Origin: a virus
Taxonomy: Duplodnaviria; Caudoviricetes
DNA: 33,234 nt
Virus record (IMG/VR): IMGVR_UViG_3300042923_000752
Coordinates: 1-33,234 of that record
Reading direction: 5' to 3' (one strand)
Below, one piece after another: positions 13,618 through 24,200 of the stretch; positions within the stretch are counted from its first letter, which is position 1; every line of letters begins with the position of its first letter. Position numbers and translations under genes: made by a program. Under the pieces are notes generated by a model, which was not told where the DNA came from, ran no database searches, and worked only from the letters and a program-made list of their open reading frames with translations.

Positions 13618-16008
13618 TTATGTTAGGTCTGTAACATAATCCACTTTCGGTATATTCTTCGAATCAAAAAATATTGTGTATCCTTCATGATAAGAGCGGA
13701 TAAAGGCGCGGTCTTCAAGAAATTTAAGCCTAGCTTCTAATCCTGGAATTGAATTCGTGCTTAAACCGGAGACTGTCCCCAAAAAGTTGACGTTGTTGAA
13801 GAACTGGACATTCGCTCCCGAAAATCCCGAGCCGATCGCTACGGTCGGTGCTTGGATATCTACCCTGTTATTCGAAACGACAGCAGCCAATAAGTTATGA
13901 CCGAAAACTAGTTGTTCGCTAGAACCCGAGAAGTTTTTATAAATCCCTCCCATTATGGACCCATTTGAGTACCACTGTAGGTATCCAGTAGAACCATCCA
14001 GCGTAAATCCATCTTGAGTATTAGTGTTTAACGATTTCAATTGTGATCCTGACAATTCGATCCTTCTGCCTACGGCGGACGTTTGAATGATTCCTCCTGT
14101 AACAGTAGGGGAATAAATTTGACTTCCACTAATGAACGTCCCGCCTGAATATGTCCCGTTTGCTATGGCTTGGGCAATCGAGACGGCGCCATTTGCTGTA
14201 CTCTGAGCCCCATTAGCTACGGATTGCGCATTCGTCGCCACCGGATCGGAGTTAATACTCCCCCATGAAATATGTCCTCCTAACATGGTTATATTACCGG
14301 CGACCGTGACATTTCCCCCGCTGTCTACAGCGAATGTCGTTTGAGATCCATTCGATACGGACGTTCCTTTTATTTCGAATTGCGACGCCGTTATCTTCCC
14401 ACCCGTCACATCAATCTGATTCGCCTTTATTGACTCAATCAGAGCTGATGTTATCTTTGCGGAACCGGCAATCAATTGATTTGTGGTTAGGGTCCCCGTA
14501 TAAATTCCGCTGCCGGTCAAAAGCGTCGTTTTCCCGTTCCAATTGGCCGCGCTCTGAAGCAGTCCGTCCGCGATCTTTTCCCCGGAATCCCCTACAACAA
14601 TTTGATTTGCTCGGAGCTGCACGAATTGCCCGAGAAGGCCGACAATCACTTCGGCCACGACTCCATTCGCTGTAACGGCAGCACGAGGCGTCACCCCGCC
14701 GTCTGTGGTCAGGTATATACCGTTTGAGGACATAACGACTTGGTTTTGTATGTTTGTTTTGTCCTGGAGAACAATCCCGCGCTGATCATACTTGACTTCG
14801 GTCTTTGAATTATTAACGTCATAGATCGCCTGTTTCGCAAAAGCTTCGAACACCGTTGTGCGAACGTTTCCGCCGCTGATAATATCATTAACGATCCGTT
14901 TCGCCCGATCCAAGTCCGCGATGATGTCTTCAAAGTCGCGTTTCATCACATTGGCTAACGTCGCCTTTGTATGCTTGTCCGGTGCAAATGGGTATTCTGT
15001 GATGTCAACGATCCGGGCCGTCAGGTTATTCAGTTCCAGATCCGGATCGATCATATAAACGGTGTCCCCTAGAGCCGGTGGAGGCTCGTCCGGGTCGATC
15101 TTGTGCAAGTCGGCTGCATTAATATCGACATTAAGGATTGGAGCCTCTTGTTCCTTCAAAGCTTTCCTTGTAGCTTCAAGAAGTTCCAAAGGCTCCTCTA
15201 GGTCCTGGTCGATTAATTCGCCATCAAAGTACTTGTTCGTGCTATTGGACCAATACGACCAATAAGGAGAGATCAGGTAATTGACCCTGATTTCTCCGTT
15301 TACGATCGCGCCCGGGACTGCGTTCAGCAGATTGTATTCCTCTGCCGTCAGGTTCGAAGCCGGAAGGCCGATGAACGAAAGCCCGTCCTTCATTTGGGAA
15401 AACATTCGAGTAACCAAGGATCGGGAGTCGTCCTCGTAGCTGCTGCCGATGATATTTTTCTTGTACCTGTATTGTAGCCCCCTGTCGCTGCCGATCTTCT
15501 TTTTCAAATGGATCACAAAATTATTCGGGTCCACTTCGGCACCATACGTTTTAAGGACGTAATTAAGGGCTTGGAGTGCATTGCCGCGCCCAAAGTCTTT
15601 AACATCCTTCAGTTCAAAAACGTCGTCCAGCACGAACAGAAACTTTCCTTTTGTGGCGTCCGTGATGGCGTTCGTTAGGGTCAAGATATTGACCCCATAG
15701 CCTTCCTCCATATACGAATCGTAAGGCATTAAGAAATCGGACAGTTTGAACATGACATGCATGCAGCTAATAGCTGCCGTTCGTTTCAATCCTTCCCTTA
15801 CGCGCTTCCGGCTATTGATAACGTAGTATTGGCCTCGTTCGTCCTGGACGTGACCTTTGAGCGTGATTTTTTCTTTATAGTCGTCTGATATCATGGGAAC
15901 TAAAAAAGACAGCTCATAATCGGAGTTGAGCCGTCTTTTTCGTTCGACGTCATAGGCATCGGGCAACACGCCGACCGGTGTTAAATTTTTATCGAATACC
16001 TTCAGCAA
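13618..16008 (-). CDS. Tail tip / baseplate hub protein (Tal-like prophage tail endopeptidase family) with beta-rich C-terminal spike
   Basis: RRLNSDYELSF...GLQYRYKKNI...LVTRM...LGDTVYMIDPDL...ARIVDITEYP...TLAN, followed by ITANQI-like repeats. Confidence 0.85.
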   Translation of the reverse strand: MLKVFDKNLTPVGVLPDAYDVERKRRLNSDYELSFLVPMISDDYKEKITLKGHVQDERGQYYVINSRKRVREGLKRTAAISCMHVMFKLSDFLMPYDSYMEEGYGVNILTLTNAITDATKGKFLFVLDDVFELKDVKDFGRGNALQALNYVLKTYGAEVDPNNFVIHLKKKIGSDRGLQYRYKKNIIGSSYEDDSRSLVTRMFSQMKDGLSFIGLPASNLTAEEYNLLNAVPGAIVNGEIRVNYLISPYWSYWSNSTNKYFDGELIDQDLEEPLELLEATRKALKEQEAPILNVDINAADLHKIDPDEPPPALGDTVYMIDPDLELNNLTARIVDITEYPFAPDKHTKATLANVMKRDFEDIIADLDRAKRIVNDIISGGNVRTTVFEAFAKQAIYDVNNSKTEVKYDQRGIVLQDKTNIQNQVVMSSNGIYLTTDGGVTPRAAVTANGVVAEVIVGLLGQFVQLRANQIVVGDSGEKIADGLLQSAANWNGKTTLLTGSGIYTGTLTTNQLIAGSAKITSALIESIKANQIDVTGGKITASQFEIKGTSVSNGSQTTFAVDSGGNVTVAGNITMLGGHISWGSINSDPVATNAQSVANGAQSTANGAVSIAQAIANGTYSGGTFISGSQIYSPTVTGGIIQTSAVGRRIELSGSQLKSLNTNTQDGFTLDGSTGYLQWYSNGSIMGGIYKNFSGSSEQLVFGHNLLAAVVSNNRVDIQAPTVAIGSGFSGANVQFFNNVNFLGTVSGLSTNSIPGLEARLKFLEDRAFIRSYHEGYTIFFDSKNIPKVDYVTDLT

Positions 16009-16021
16009 TGTAAATCACTCC

Positions 16022-16159
16022 TTACGCTGCGTATTCGTCACCAGTAATGTCCTGGTATTGCTGTTGAGTAATTTTCCCAAACTGAACATACTGTGCAACC
16101 TGGGGTTTTGTAGCCCAACCCTTATCATAATAGAGCTTTATCCGTTGAAAATCTGTCAT
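16022..16159 (-). CDS. XkdX-family small tail-associated protein (45 aa)
   Basis: Manual translation MTDFQRIKLYYDKGWATKPQVAQYVQFGKITQQQYQDITGDEYAA; ATGA overlap with upstream gene. Confidence 0.9.
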   Translation of the reverse strand: MTDFQRIKLYYDKGWATKPQVAQYVQFGKITQQQYQDITGDEYAA

Positions 16160-16800
16160 GCCCCTGCACTTCCTTCCAAGGTTAATAGTCTCAAATCCAG
16201 TCCCACGACTTGTTGACCAAGTAAAGCGTTATCCGTCTGCAAAGAAAGCACTTCAAGTTCTCTCTGAACCAGTTGAGCGCCGATCATGTCGCGTTCCTCT
16301 TTCGCTGCCAAGGATTCCAATTCACGCTCCACGAGTTGTTGACCAATCAGAGCGTTTTCAACTTCCAGACGCGCTATCTTTTCCGCGCCCGTCTCCGGCT
16401 GCGGCGCGTTGCGGATCGCATCAATTTCGGCCTGCGTCAGCCCTTCCACCCAATAGGCTTGCAAGTCTACCGGTGCAGGGAGCTGCGGCAGCCCGTCTTC
16501 CGAATCCGGGTCGTAGGCGGCCAGCGCTGCCCGATAGGCGTCCATAGCATCGTCATAAGCCGTTAGCGCCGCCTGCCATGCGTCCAGATCGTAACGAAGC
16601 TTAAACAATCCCTGTGGAGCTGGGACGGCCACACGGTAACCTACAAGGATCGGCTCGGGCTGCTCCGGTGGTTCTTCACCTTCTTCCGGCTCGGAAAGTG
16701 TAGGCGTTTCGTAGATTTCCGTTACTCCGTATGTGTCGAGTGGTACGAGTTCTGGTTCGATGTAAAAGCCGTCAAGGTCGATTCTAATTGCTTCCTTCAT
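16156..16800 (-). CDS. Tail-fibre-associated protein (XkdW/YomQ-like position)
   Basis: ATG 16800 behind AAAGGAGG; RIDLDGFYIEP...GLFKLRYD...WVEGLTQAEID plus coiled-coil repeats; precedes XkdX. Confidence 0.7.
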   Translation of the reverse strand: MKEAIRIDLDGFYIEPELVPLDTYGVTEIYETPTLSEPEEGEEPPEQPEPILVGYRVAVPAPQGLFKLRYDLDAWQAALTAYDDAMDAYRAALAAYDPDSEDGLPQLPAPVDLQAYWVEGLTQAEIDAIRNAPQPETGAEKIARLEVENALIGQQLVERELESLAAKEERDMIGAQLVQRELEVLSLQTDNALLGQQVVGLDLRLLTLEGSAGA

Positions 16801-16814
16801 CGATAATCCTCCTT

Positions 16815-19800
16815 TCAACCAATGTATATAGGCGGCAAGTCCAAAGAAAACCATAAGGCTGTTGTTCCTGTTGTGGCTACAACTGCACCATCAGGAGTTA
16901 TGGTTACTCTGCTAACAACTTCTGATATATCCTTAGAAACTGTGCCTACAATTACAGTTTTGCTAGGGCGATAATCACGAGGTAAGTAAAATATTACCGT
17001 ACCGATCGTACCGCTTTTCACTAGCCCTCTAATATGCAGAAAACCATCATCTTTCAAGTAACCCGCCTGCTCGTATGTTGTGTCAAAGTTTAAGAAACCG
17101 TTAAGAAAAGTCGGTTCAATCCATTGCGGTAATTGCTTCTGCGCCTTAGTATTCTGCAATACGGATACGTCCCGGCGTATCCCGGTTATCGCCTGCACCG
17201 CATCGTCAACCGTTTCCTTGATGTTAGGCGTCACAGCGCCGATTATTGATAGTGGGGCGATTCCGAGCTTGTATGTGTCGAGTGCAAGGTATGTGACGCT
17301 GTAGGCGGCTGTTGGGTCGAATCGATCAGTCGGAAGGTATAGCGCATCGTTTCCGTACTTATGGGAACTTTGCGAATGAAGCCAGATGTCCTTCTCATTG
17401 TTTTGATAGGCTCTTAAGATGCGATTTGCCCTTTTTGATAAAGGGGAAGCACTTGGCGGCCATGTTGTACTTATATTGATGAAGGCATTTAAACCGTCAA
17501 TAGCAGGTTTCGCTTCTTCCCGCACCACAATGCCCGTTCCCATCACGATCTGATTCGGGCCGTCATGAAGCATCAATTCGCCTTCGTAGGTGACCGGCTC
17601 GTCTACGCTTTGGGCGAGTTCGTACATGAGACGGTAGGGCGTGTAACCAAACCCGGTCGCAAGTTGAATCGGCATAACGGTAACATAGTCCCCCGTGTAG
17701 GGGTTTGTATCGCCTATTTTACACCAAGCCTTTGTCCCACTTCCGTTAAACAAAGTTGTTGTCGGTTGTCCTAATTCAAACATCTTCCAACCATTGAAAT
17801 ACGTCTTAATCTCGCCCTCTGTCGGTGTGTAATCGTCGCCCCAACCGGTATCGGCACCGGAAACAAACAATTTAAAAGTTGACCCTGCCAAATCAAAGTC
17901 GAACATATCTGCCACATTATTTGTACTTGGATCAGCAAAATTATAAAAAGGTAATATTTTTCCGTCATACTTAATAGTATTTGCTTTATTCAATTTGCTC
18001 CCATCGAAAGCCGTAATCGGACACTTCACGCGTTTAAAACCTGTGAAACCGTTGTCGAATGTCCATCCCAACGAACCATCCAACGACATCTCCCGAAAAC
18101 GCCTAACAGCCCTAGGCTTGCCTTCCCCGTCCATATACAGCCGATCCGCAACGCTGCCGTCTACGTTCGAGCGTAGGTTGCAGTCGGGTAGGAATACGTA
18201 AGACGGCTTTTGCGGTTCGAACGGAAGGGCTGTAGAGCCGATATTGAGCATGGGATTTTCTATATATGCAACAGCATTACTTCCGGGGTCCCCGCTATCG
18301 AATCCTATATCTGCATACGCAACGTTCGCCCCCGTTGTGAACGTTAGTGTTTGATCGTTGGTTGCTATCGCTGATGACGGTAATGCATTTTGATTTCCGT
18401 CCCTAAATCCGGCAGAAATTCTACCATCATGCGTAGCGCTGTATACGTATGTGGTATTAGGTTTTAACTTAATTCTTACCGTGGTTTGTTGCAGTTGCGT
18501 CCTTGCCGATAACGCTAATCGGTATGGACTGACAACAGTTGAAAACTCGTGAACCAACCAATCCGAAAACGGTGGAAGCAGATTCTTCCCCGGATTCTGG
18601 ACATATACAGCATTGACGTGCTTCATGTCGTCCACATACGGATACATTGCGGCGATTTGTTCAGGCGTCATCGAGTCAATGGCATCGTATTCCGCTTGGG
18701 TGACTTCGTAAACGCGCACGTCATCAAAGTTCCCGTATTGTCCTGCCGCGCCGGTCACGTTTAGACCGATTTCTAATTCAGTTGCCGTTCCCGAGTCGAA
18801 CGTGACGTAGTTAACCCCCCATGAAGCAGCGGAGTAATTGGGTATGGAAACAGTCGCCATGCCCGTACCCGCGAGATAGGCAGAAACGTTAGAGGCTGTT
18901 CCATTCTTCATCTCTGCGGCGAATATATACTTCCGCCCCGCTTTGATGGCTATTTTTTTCGCGTTGTTATTAATATTTCCGGCATTAAATCCGCTTTGTA
19001 TGGTTACCTTGTAGGAACTCTTCCCCGAAACGAAATTAACAGTATCAAGCGAGAATGTCGTTTGGTACGTTGCCCAGATACTCGATAGAGACTCGCAGCC
19101 ACCTTCCCGCCCAGGCAAATTAACCAGCGTCCGTCCAGTGATCTGCATATCCTTAAACCGCGACTTTCGGTCTGCATTGACTATGGATACGCCTTGTGGA
19201 ACGGTGACTGGCACGGCTGGGGCAGCGGATAGTTCATCCTGGACCGCGCTAGTTTCTGACTCTAGGGTGACGATCCGGCCTTCATGGTCGGTAGCCTGTG
19301 TTTGTGTAGCAAAATAGTCGGCGTGGTGACCGCCAAGCATGTCCGAGTTCAGATTGACCTGAAGTGTCCCGTCCCTCTTTACGGACTGATTAATGACCTC
19401 GGGCCGGTTCTCGAAGAATTTAACATAATATTTTTCGCCACCAGCAGCCGCCGATACCAATTCGAACTGAGATGGGCTTTTTTCAATGTACTCCGATTCC
19501 GGAACAAGGCAATACTCATTGTTGTGCATTTTGTAAACCGTTATCGCGTTCGTGTTTGTCTCATACTGGCCGACCGTAATATCAAAAACGGTTTGTCCTG
19601 GAAGAGCTTCGAAATCCTCATCACGAATGACCGCACCCTTGCCGGATATGTCCACCCAACCCTCAACAGCTCCTTTGTAGAGCATTAAGCGCTGGTTTGT
19701 CGTGTCATACCATTGTTGCCCTTCTTCCGGGTTTACTGGGGCAACTGTGGATCTGTGGACAATAAAGTTTCTCGCCTCATTGCCAGAGAAGTCAAGGTCT

Positions 19801-20456
19801 GCCGTAAGAGGACCGCCCTGGTTAATCTTCGTTTCCATTTGGCTATCAATTTGCGCCTTTAAGTAATACCTGGAATCACCACGGGCGTCCGTATGGTACT
19901 GGGGATGGTCATCATTTGTAAGGTCCTTCAGTGAACTATGGGACGTTAGCCCGTTCCCCATCGCGCCGATCGGGACCCACTTATTTGCAGAAGTATTGTC
20001 GCCGTCCCACTGATAGACCGTTTCGTCGTCCAACACAAGCCGAATATCGCCGTCTTCATTTCCGGTTAACGGTAGATCGTTAAATGTAGCCGCTGGCGCT
20101 TTCCAACGAGCATCCGCAAAGTTTGGCTTGTCCGTAATGTTATCCCAGTGTACAAGAGCCTCACCGGACGTCTGAAGCTGTGATTTTGTATTGTACCGGA
20201 CATCGTGGTCCCCGCTCGCCTTATGGTTATCTAAAGCGTTTTGCGCACCTGCCGAAACCGCTGTATCCTTTGCGTCGGTTTGCGCTTTCGTGTACGTGTT
20301 TGCAATCGCGTCGGCGTTGGCCTTGATTGTTTCCGTAGTTCTCCCACTTCCGGCCAAATCGTCCAGCGCCGTTGCAATGTCGGCATAATTGTCATTATGC
20401 TTCTGTAGATTGGCGAAATCTAAGAAACGCTCGATTAATCGAGGGATGAATTTCAT
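16815..20456 (-). CDS. Tail fibre / receptor-binding protein
   Basis: About 1213 aa, ATG 20456 behind AAAGGAG; DDHPQY motif, two beta-sandwich carbohydrate-binding-like modules (GRTLVNL, GKNLL), C-terminal IFYLPRDYRP tip domain. Confidence 0.8.
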   Translation of the reverse strand: MKFIPRLIERFLDFANLQKHNDNYADIATALDDLAGSGRTTETIKANADAIANTYTKAQTDAKDTAVSAGAQNALDNHKASGDHDVRYNTKSQLQTSGEALVHWDNITDKPNFADARWKAPAATFNDLPLTGNEDGDIRLVLDDETVYQWDGDNTSANKWVPIGAMGNGLTSHSSLKDLTNDDHPQYHTDARGDSRYYLKAQIDSQMETKINQGGPLTADLDFSGNEARNFIVHRSTVAPVNPEEGQQWYDTTNQRLMLYKGAVEGWVDISGKGAVIRDEDFEALPGQTVFDITVGQYETNTNAITVYKMHNNEYCLVPESEYIEKSPSQFELVSAAAGGEKYYVKFFENRPEVINQSVKRDGTLQVNLNSDMLGGHHADYFATQTQATDHEGRIVTLESETSAVQDELSAAPAVPVTVPQGVSIVNADRKSRFKDMQITGRTLVNLPGREGGCESLSSIWATYQTTFSLDTVNFVSGKSSYKVTIQSGFNAGNINNNAKKIAIKAGRKYIFAAEMKNGTASNVSAYLAGTGMATVSIPNYSAASWGVNYVTFDSGTATELEIGLNVTGAAGQYGNFDDVRVYEVTQAEYDAIDSMTPEQIAAMYPYVDDMKHVNAVYVQNPGKNLLPPFSDWLVHEFSTVVSPYRLALSARTQLQQTTVRIKLKPNTTYVYSATHDGRISAGFRDGNQNALPSSAIATNDQTLTFTTGANVAYADIGFDSGDPGSNAVAYIENPMLNIGSTALPFEPQKPSYVFLPDCNLRSNVDGSVADRLYMDGEGKPRAVRRFREMSLDGSLGWTFDNGFTGFKRVKCPITAFDGSKLNKANTIKYDGKILPFYNFADPSTNNVADMFDFDLAGSTFKLFVSGADTGWGDDYTPTEGEIKTYFNGWKMFELGQPTTTLFNGSGTKAWCKIGDTNPYTGDYVTVMPIQLATGFGYTPYRLMYELAQSVDEPVTYEGELMLHDGPNQIVMGTGIVVREEAKPAIDGLNAFINISTTWPPSASPLSKRANRILRAYQNNEKDIWLHSQSSHKYGNDALYLPTDRFDPTAAYSVTYLALDTYKLGIAPLSIIGAVTPNIKETVDDAVQAITGIRRDVSVLQNTKAQKQLPQWIEPTFLNGFLNFDTTYEQAGYLKDDGFLHIRGLVKSGTIGTVIFYLPRDYRPSKTVIVGTVSKDISEVVSRVTITPDGAVVATTGTTALWFSLDLPPIYIG

Positions 20457-20470
20457 GAAATCGACTCCTT

Positions 20471-21268
20471 TCAATACAGGAATGTGTGTCGGAAAATGAA
20501 TTCGATTTTGTAGTTTGGATTCGTGGAGTTACAAACGAATGTCGTAACGCCGGGACGGAGTAAGAAAAAAACGCCATTGGTTAGTCCATAGGCGTTTAAT
20601 CCGTTTTTCTTGACCTTGTACCCTTTACAGTCAATTTCGATGGCGTCCGTCGCCGCTGTCGTTCCTGCGAAGGTGAACGTCTGCGCCCCATCAAATATCG
20701 ACAGGTTTGTGAAGACTCCCGTGATCCGGATTAATGGCGCGACGTCGATCGTTCCGAGATTTTCAATTGGGATTGCCGCTGAACTCGTAGTGACAAGGAT
20801 GGACGATGAGCTATATTCGTACCCTTGCCCGTACTCATATCCCTGTCCGTATTCTTTGGCTGCTGTATCTTGCTCGCTCTCCGGAAACGAATTGTGCATT
20901 TTTAACGGTATCGTTACATTCCCATCAAAAATTAATTTTTCGATCGGCATAGTACCGGCGTACCTACACATATAGCGCCTGCCTTGCCGGTCACTAAACT
21001 TAAGTTCCAAGTCGCCGCGCTTGGCATTGAAGATCGAGGCGATCGCGGCGATCTTGTTGTGGTAATCGTAGGTCGGATTCTCCGCCATTACGACACATTC
21101 CAGGGTGAAGGTACGAGCAGCATACACGCTCCCGAAATCGACTTCACCGTCCCGGCCTGCTATCTCGACGTTGTAGTCCTTGGTGTCTGGCAGCACGGGG
21201 ATGTCATTCCTTTTCAACCCAAGACCTAGAGAAGAGAAGGTAACGCCGTTTACCGTAACTTCGATCAT
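20471..21268 (-). CDS. Distal tail protein (Dit)
   Basis: Follows tape measure; VEIAGRDGE..FGS.Y..RTFTL and ENLGTIDVAPLIRITG...FFLLRPG motifs. Confidence 0.88.
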   Translation of the reverse strand: MIEVTVNGVTFSSLGLGLKRNDIPVLPDTKDYNVEIAGRDGEVDFGSVYAARTFTLECVVMAENPTYDYHNKIAAIASIFNAKRGDLELKFSDRQGRRYMCRYAGTMPIEKLIFDGNVTIPLKMHNSFPESEQDTAAKEYGQGYEYGQGYEYSSSSILVTTSSAAIPIENLGTIDVAPLIRITGVFTNLSIFDGAQTFTFAGTTAATDAIEIDCKGYKVKKNGLNAYGLTNGVFFLLRPGVTTFVCNSTNPNYKIEFIFRHTFLY

Positions 21269-24200
21269 CGCGCCTTCACCCCCGCCGTGCTTTGCATTCT
21301 TCGAATTAGAATGTCCCGTTCCGAAAAATAGGTTTGAATATCAGCATCGTCGTGTAAGTTCACGTCCCCCGAGGAGATGGAGAAATGATTTTCGATGTGC
21401 TGCACCGTTTGCCTCGGCATATCGAACGAAGGCGCCGCAAAGCTGATTTGTGGCATGCGGAAATTAAGCAACCTGAACAACTGCGCTTGCTGCCCTTCGT
21501 TGAGAAACATCTCACCGGCATGAGCAACGATGGGAACGGGACTTCCCTTCATCCCTCGGACAACCCCGCCGTCGGCAAAATGCTGTAGCTTCCCCGTATC
21601 GCTCGATATCCCATACTTATTCCGCAAACTTTCGTTTTCAGCGTGTACCCGCGCTTTGGTCCCTTCGTCTCCAGCTTTGTCGGCAGCATACCAAGCGTCT
21701 ATATTCCCGTTATACCTCTGCAAGTCGATTTGTTGCTGGGACTGGGATAATAATGAAATGGAAGCCATTTTCGAACGGTACTGGGTTACGAATAGTTCCA
21801 GATTGCGAAGAATCGTTTCATTTTTCTCGGATTCCTTCTGGATCTGGATGTTTTTAAGCGCTTCTGCCCGGCCCTCTGCGTCGTTCTTGAACGAATCCAA
21901 TGCCCCAATCAAGGAACTGTAATGCGATTCAACTGTTTGCTTTTCTTGATCGAAAGATTTCTCCTTTTCCGCTTTCTCGTCTTGGAGAGCTTTCTTTTGA
22001 GCTTCAAGGGCTCGCTTCCGCTGTTCGCGTTCCTGCTGCTCTTGTAGCTCCTTTATTTCTTTGAGAACTTCTCTTCGCTCCCGCTTTCCCTCGGGACCTA
22101 CCGCAGATTCGAGTAATTTCGCCCGCGCCTGCTTCTCTGCCAGCTTGTCCGCCGCATCCTTGTCTTCATTCGCCCTCTGCTCCGCTTCTAAGAGACGTTC
22201 AACTGCACGTATCTTTTCGTCCTGGGCAGATATAAAGGCGTCTTGTCTTTCTTGGATAACCTGCAATTCGTGCTTTTTGGCTTCTTCAAACAAGTCCTTT
22301 TGCTTCTTAACCAGTTCGTCAAGTGACTTCTCTTCTTCCTGAAGCAAAGCCTTTTTAGCCGCATATACCTGTTCGTCAGCCCGCTTGCGGTGTTCCGTCC
22401 CTTCCATGTAACGACTTTGAACCCGGATCCAAGCGTCATACTCTTGCTGAGCGGACAACTCGCCGATGGCCTTTTGATGCGCGATCCATTTGTCCGAGAA
22501 ATCGAACGTGTCCTTTAACTGCTGGTCCTTGGCGTCCTTCATGGCTTTTGCATCGTTCCACCATGCAATCGAGTTTTTGTTGATCGAATCCGTAATGCTC
22601 TTTATCCTGCTTTGCACATCTTCTGAAGCTTTATTGTATTCCTCTGCCGTAATGCTGCCCGCCTCGTACAACTCGTTAAGCATGTTTTGCTTTCCGGTCA
22701 GTTGGTCGACAGAAAACCGAAGGGCGTTGTTGGCCTCGTGAAGTTTTTCTTGATGTTGGGCATAGAGCCCGACTTTTTCCGTTGTTTTCCCAATGCTGTC
22801 CGAAAGGGAGAATTCTTGAGCTGCGAACATATCAATCAGTGACTGGGAATCATTGATTAATTGTTCGGCTGTAATTTTTTGAACGTCGATGTCATTCAAG
22901 GGAAAGGAAAACGCCTTTCTGACGTCTTCTTTCGGAGCCTTGATTCCTTTGGCTGGGGCCTTGATCCCCTTAGAGGCCCGGTATATTTCCTCGTCGATCC
23001 CATACAAGTCCGCTGCATCGAGGTCCGAAAACTCGCTGCGAATTTCTTGAAGCTGCCTCAACTGTGCAGAAGCATCCTGATAACCGTCGGCCTCTACGTT
23101 CACCATATGACGGAATTCATTCATTCGATCCGAGAAAGCTTCACGGCGGTTCCTGTATTGGTCCGCCAACTCCTCATCACTCATTTGACGTCCGCCGCGA
23201 TTTCGCTCTATCGCTGTAGGAGTAGATTTTTTTCCTTCAATCAGGTCTAACGTATCTCTCGATACTTCCAATTTTTGATTAACCTGATCCAGCTCAGAGC
23301 CCATTTCAAGGATTTCATCAGCTATTTTTTTTCTTGATTTCTCAATAGTATTTCCTGTAAAGGAATCCCATATCGATAAGTCCCGTTTTGAAATATTGGC
23401 TTGTGCGACCTTCTTTAGTTCGATTTCACTTTCTAATTCGGCTTTTCGCTTCGTCAAGCTCGTGATGTTTTCCTTTTCCACGATTCGAACGGATTCGGCG
23501 TACTTGAGCTTCCATTCTTCCAATTTGCCGATGTTAATATCGATCGCTTTTCCGTGTTGATCCCATTGAGAGACTAGGTTAGGCATGAGTGCGCTTATTT
23601 TCTCAATCACACCAGCTAACTCCGTTTTTGCGGTCTTAATATCTTGATCGGCCTTCGTATTGTCGTCCACAATAGCCTTCAGTTCTTTGTACCGGTCCGA
23701 TAACGTCATAACTTCCCGCTGATTGGCATCGATCGCGCTTGACGCTTCGTTGACCGTTCCATTGTGGCGCGACCACGCGATTGTAACGATTCCAATAACA
23801 GCAGCAAGCGCCGTTAATGTTGCGCCGATCGGCGTTGCGATGAAAGCTTTCTGCGCCACATTCGCCGCATTGGTTGCAACTTGAAGACCGAACATAGACC
23901 TAGTGGCCGCAACAAGGCCCGTCACCATCGCAATTAACGATTGTCCGGTCAGCAGGCGCATTCCCGCGTTCAAAGCGGTGATCCCAGCTCCAAGGGACAA
24001 TGTGACGATTAAAGTATTACGGATCGGGCCGGGCAAGGAATTGAATCCGTCGACGAGTAATTTGGATTCGTGAACAATGGCTTTCAAAATCGCTAAGAAT
24101 CCACTTTCCCCGATCGAGATCATTAAGCCTTCCCACGACGCTTTGAGTTGGGCCGTTTGTTTACTAAGTGATGTCATGGCTAGCGTGTTTTCTCGGTGAG

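Noticed and set aside
13618-20456. Diversity-generating retroelement or tail-fibre shufflon
   Set aside because: No reverse transcriptase, no template/variable repeat pair, no small invertase or inverted cassettes seen in the window.
20812-20856. EYGQGYEYGQGYEY repeat in Dit
   Set aside because: Short aromatic repeats are usual in this Dit loop region; not a separate element.
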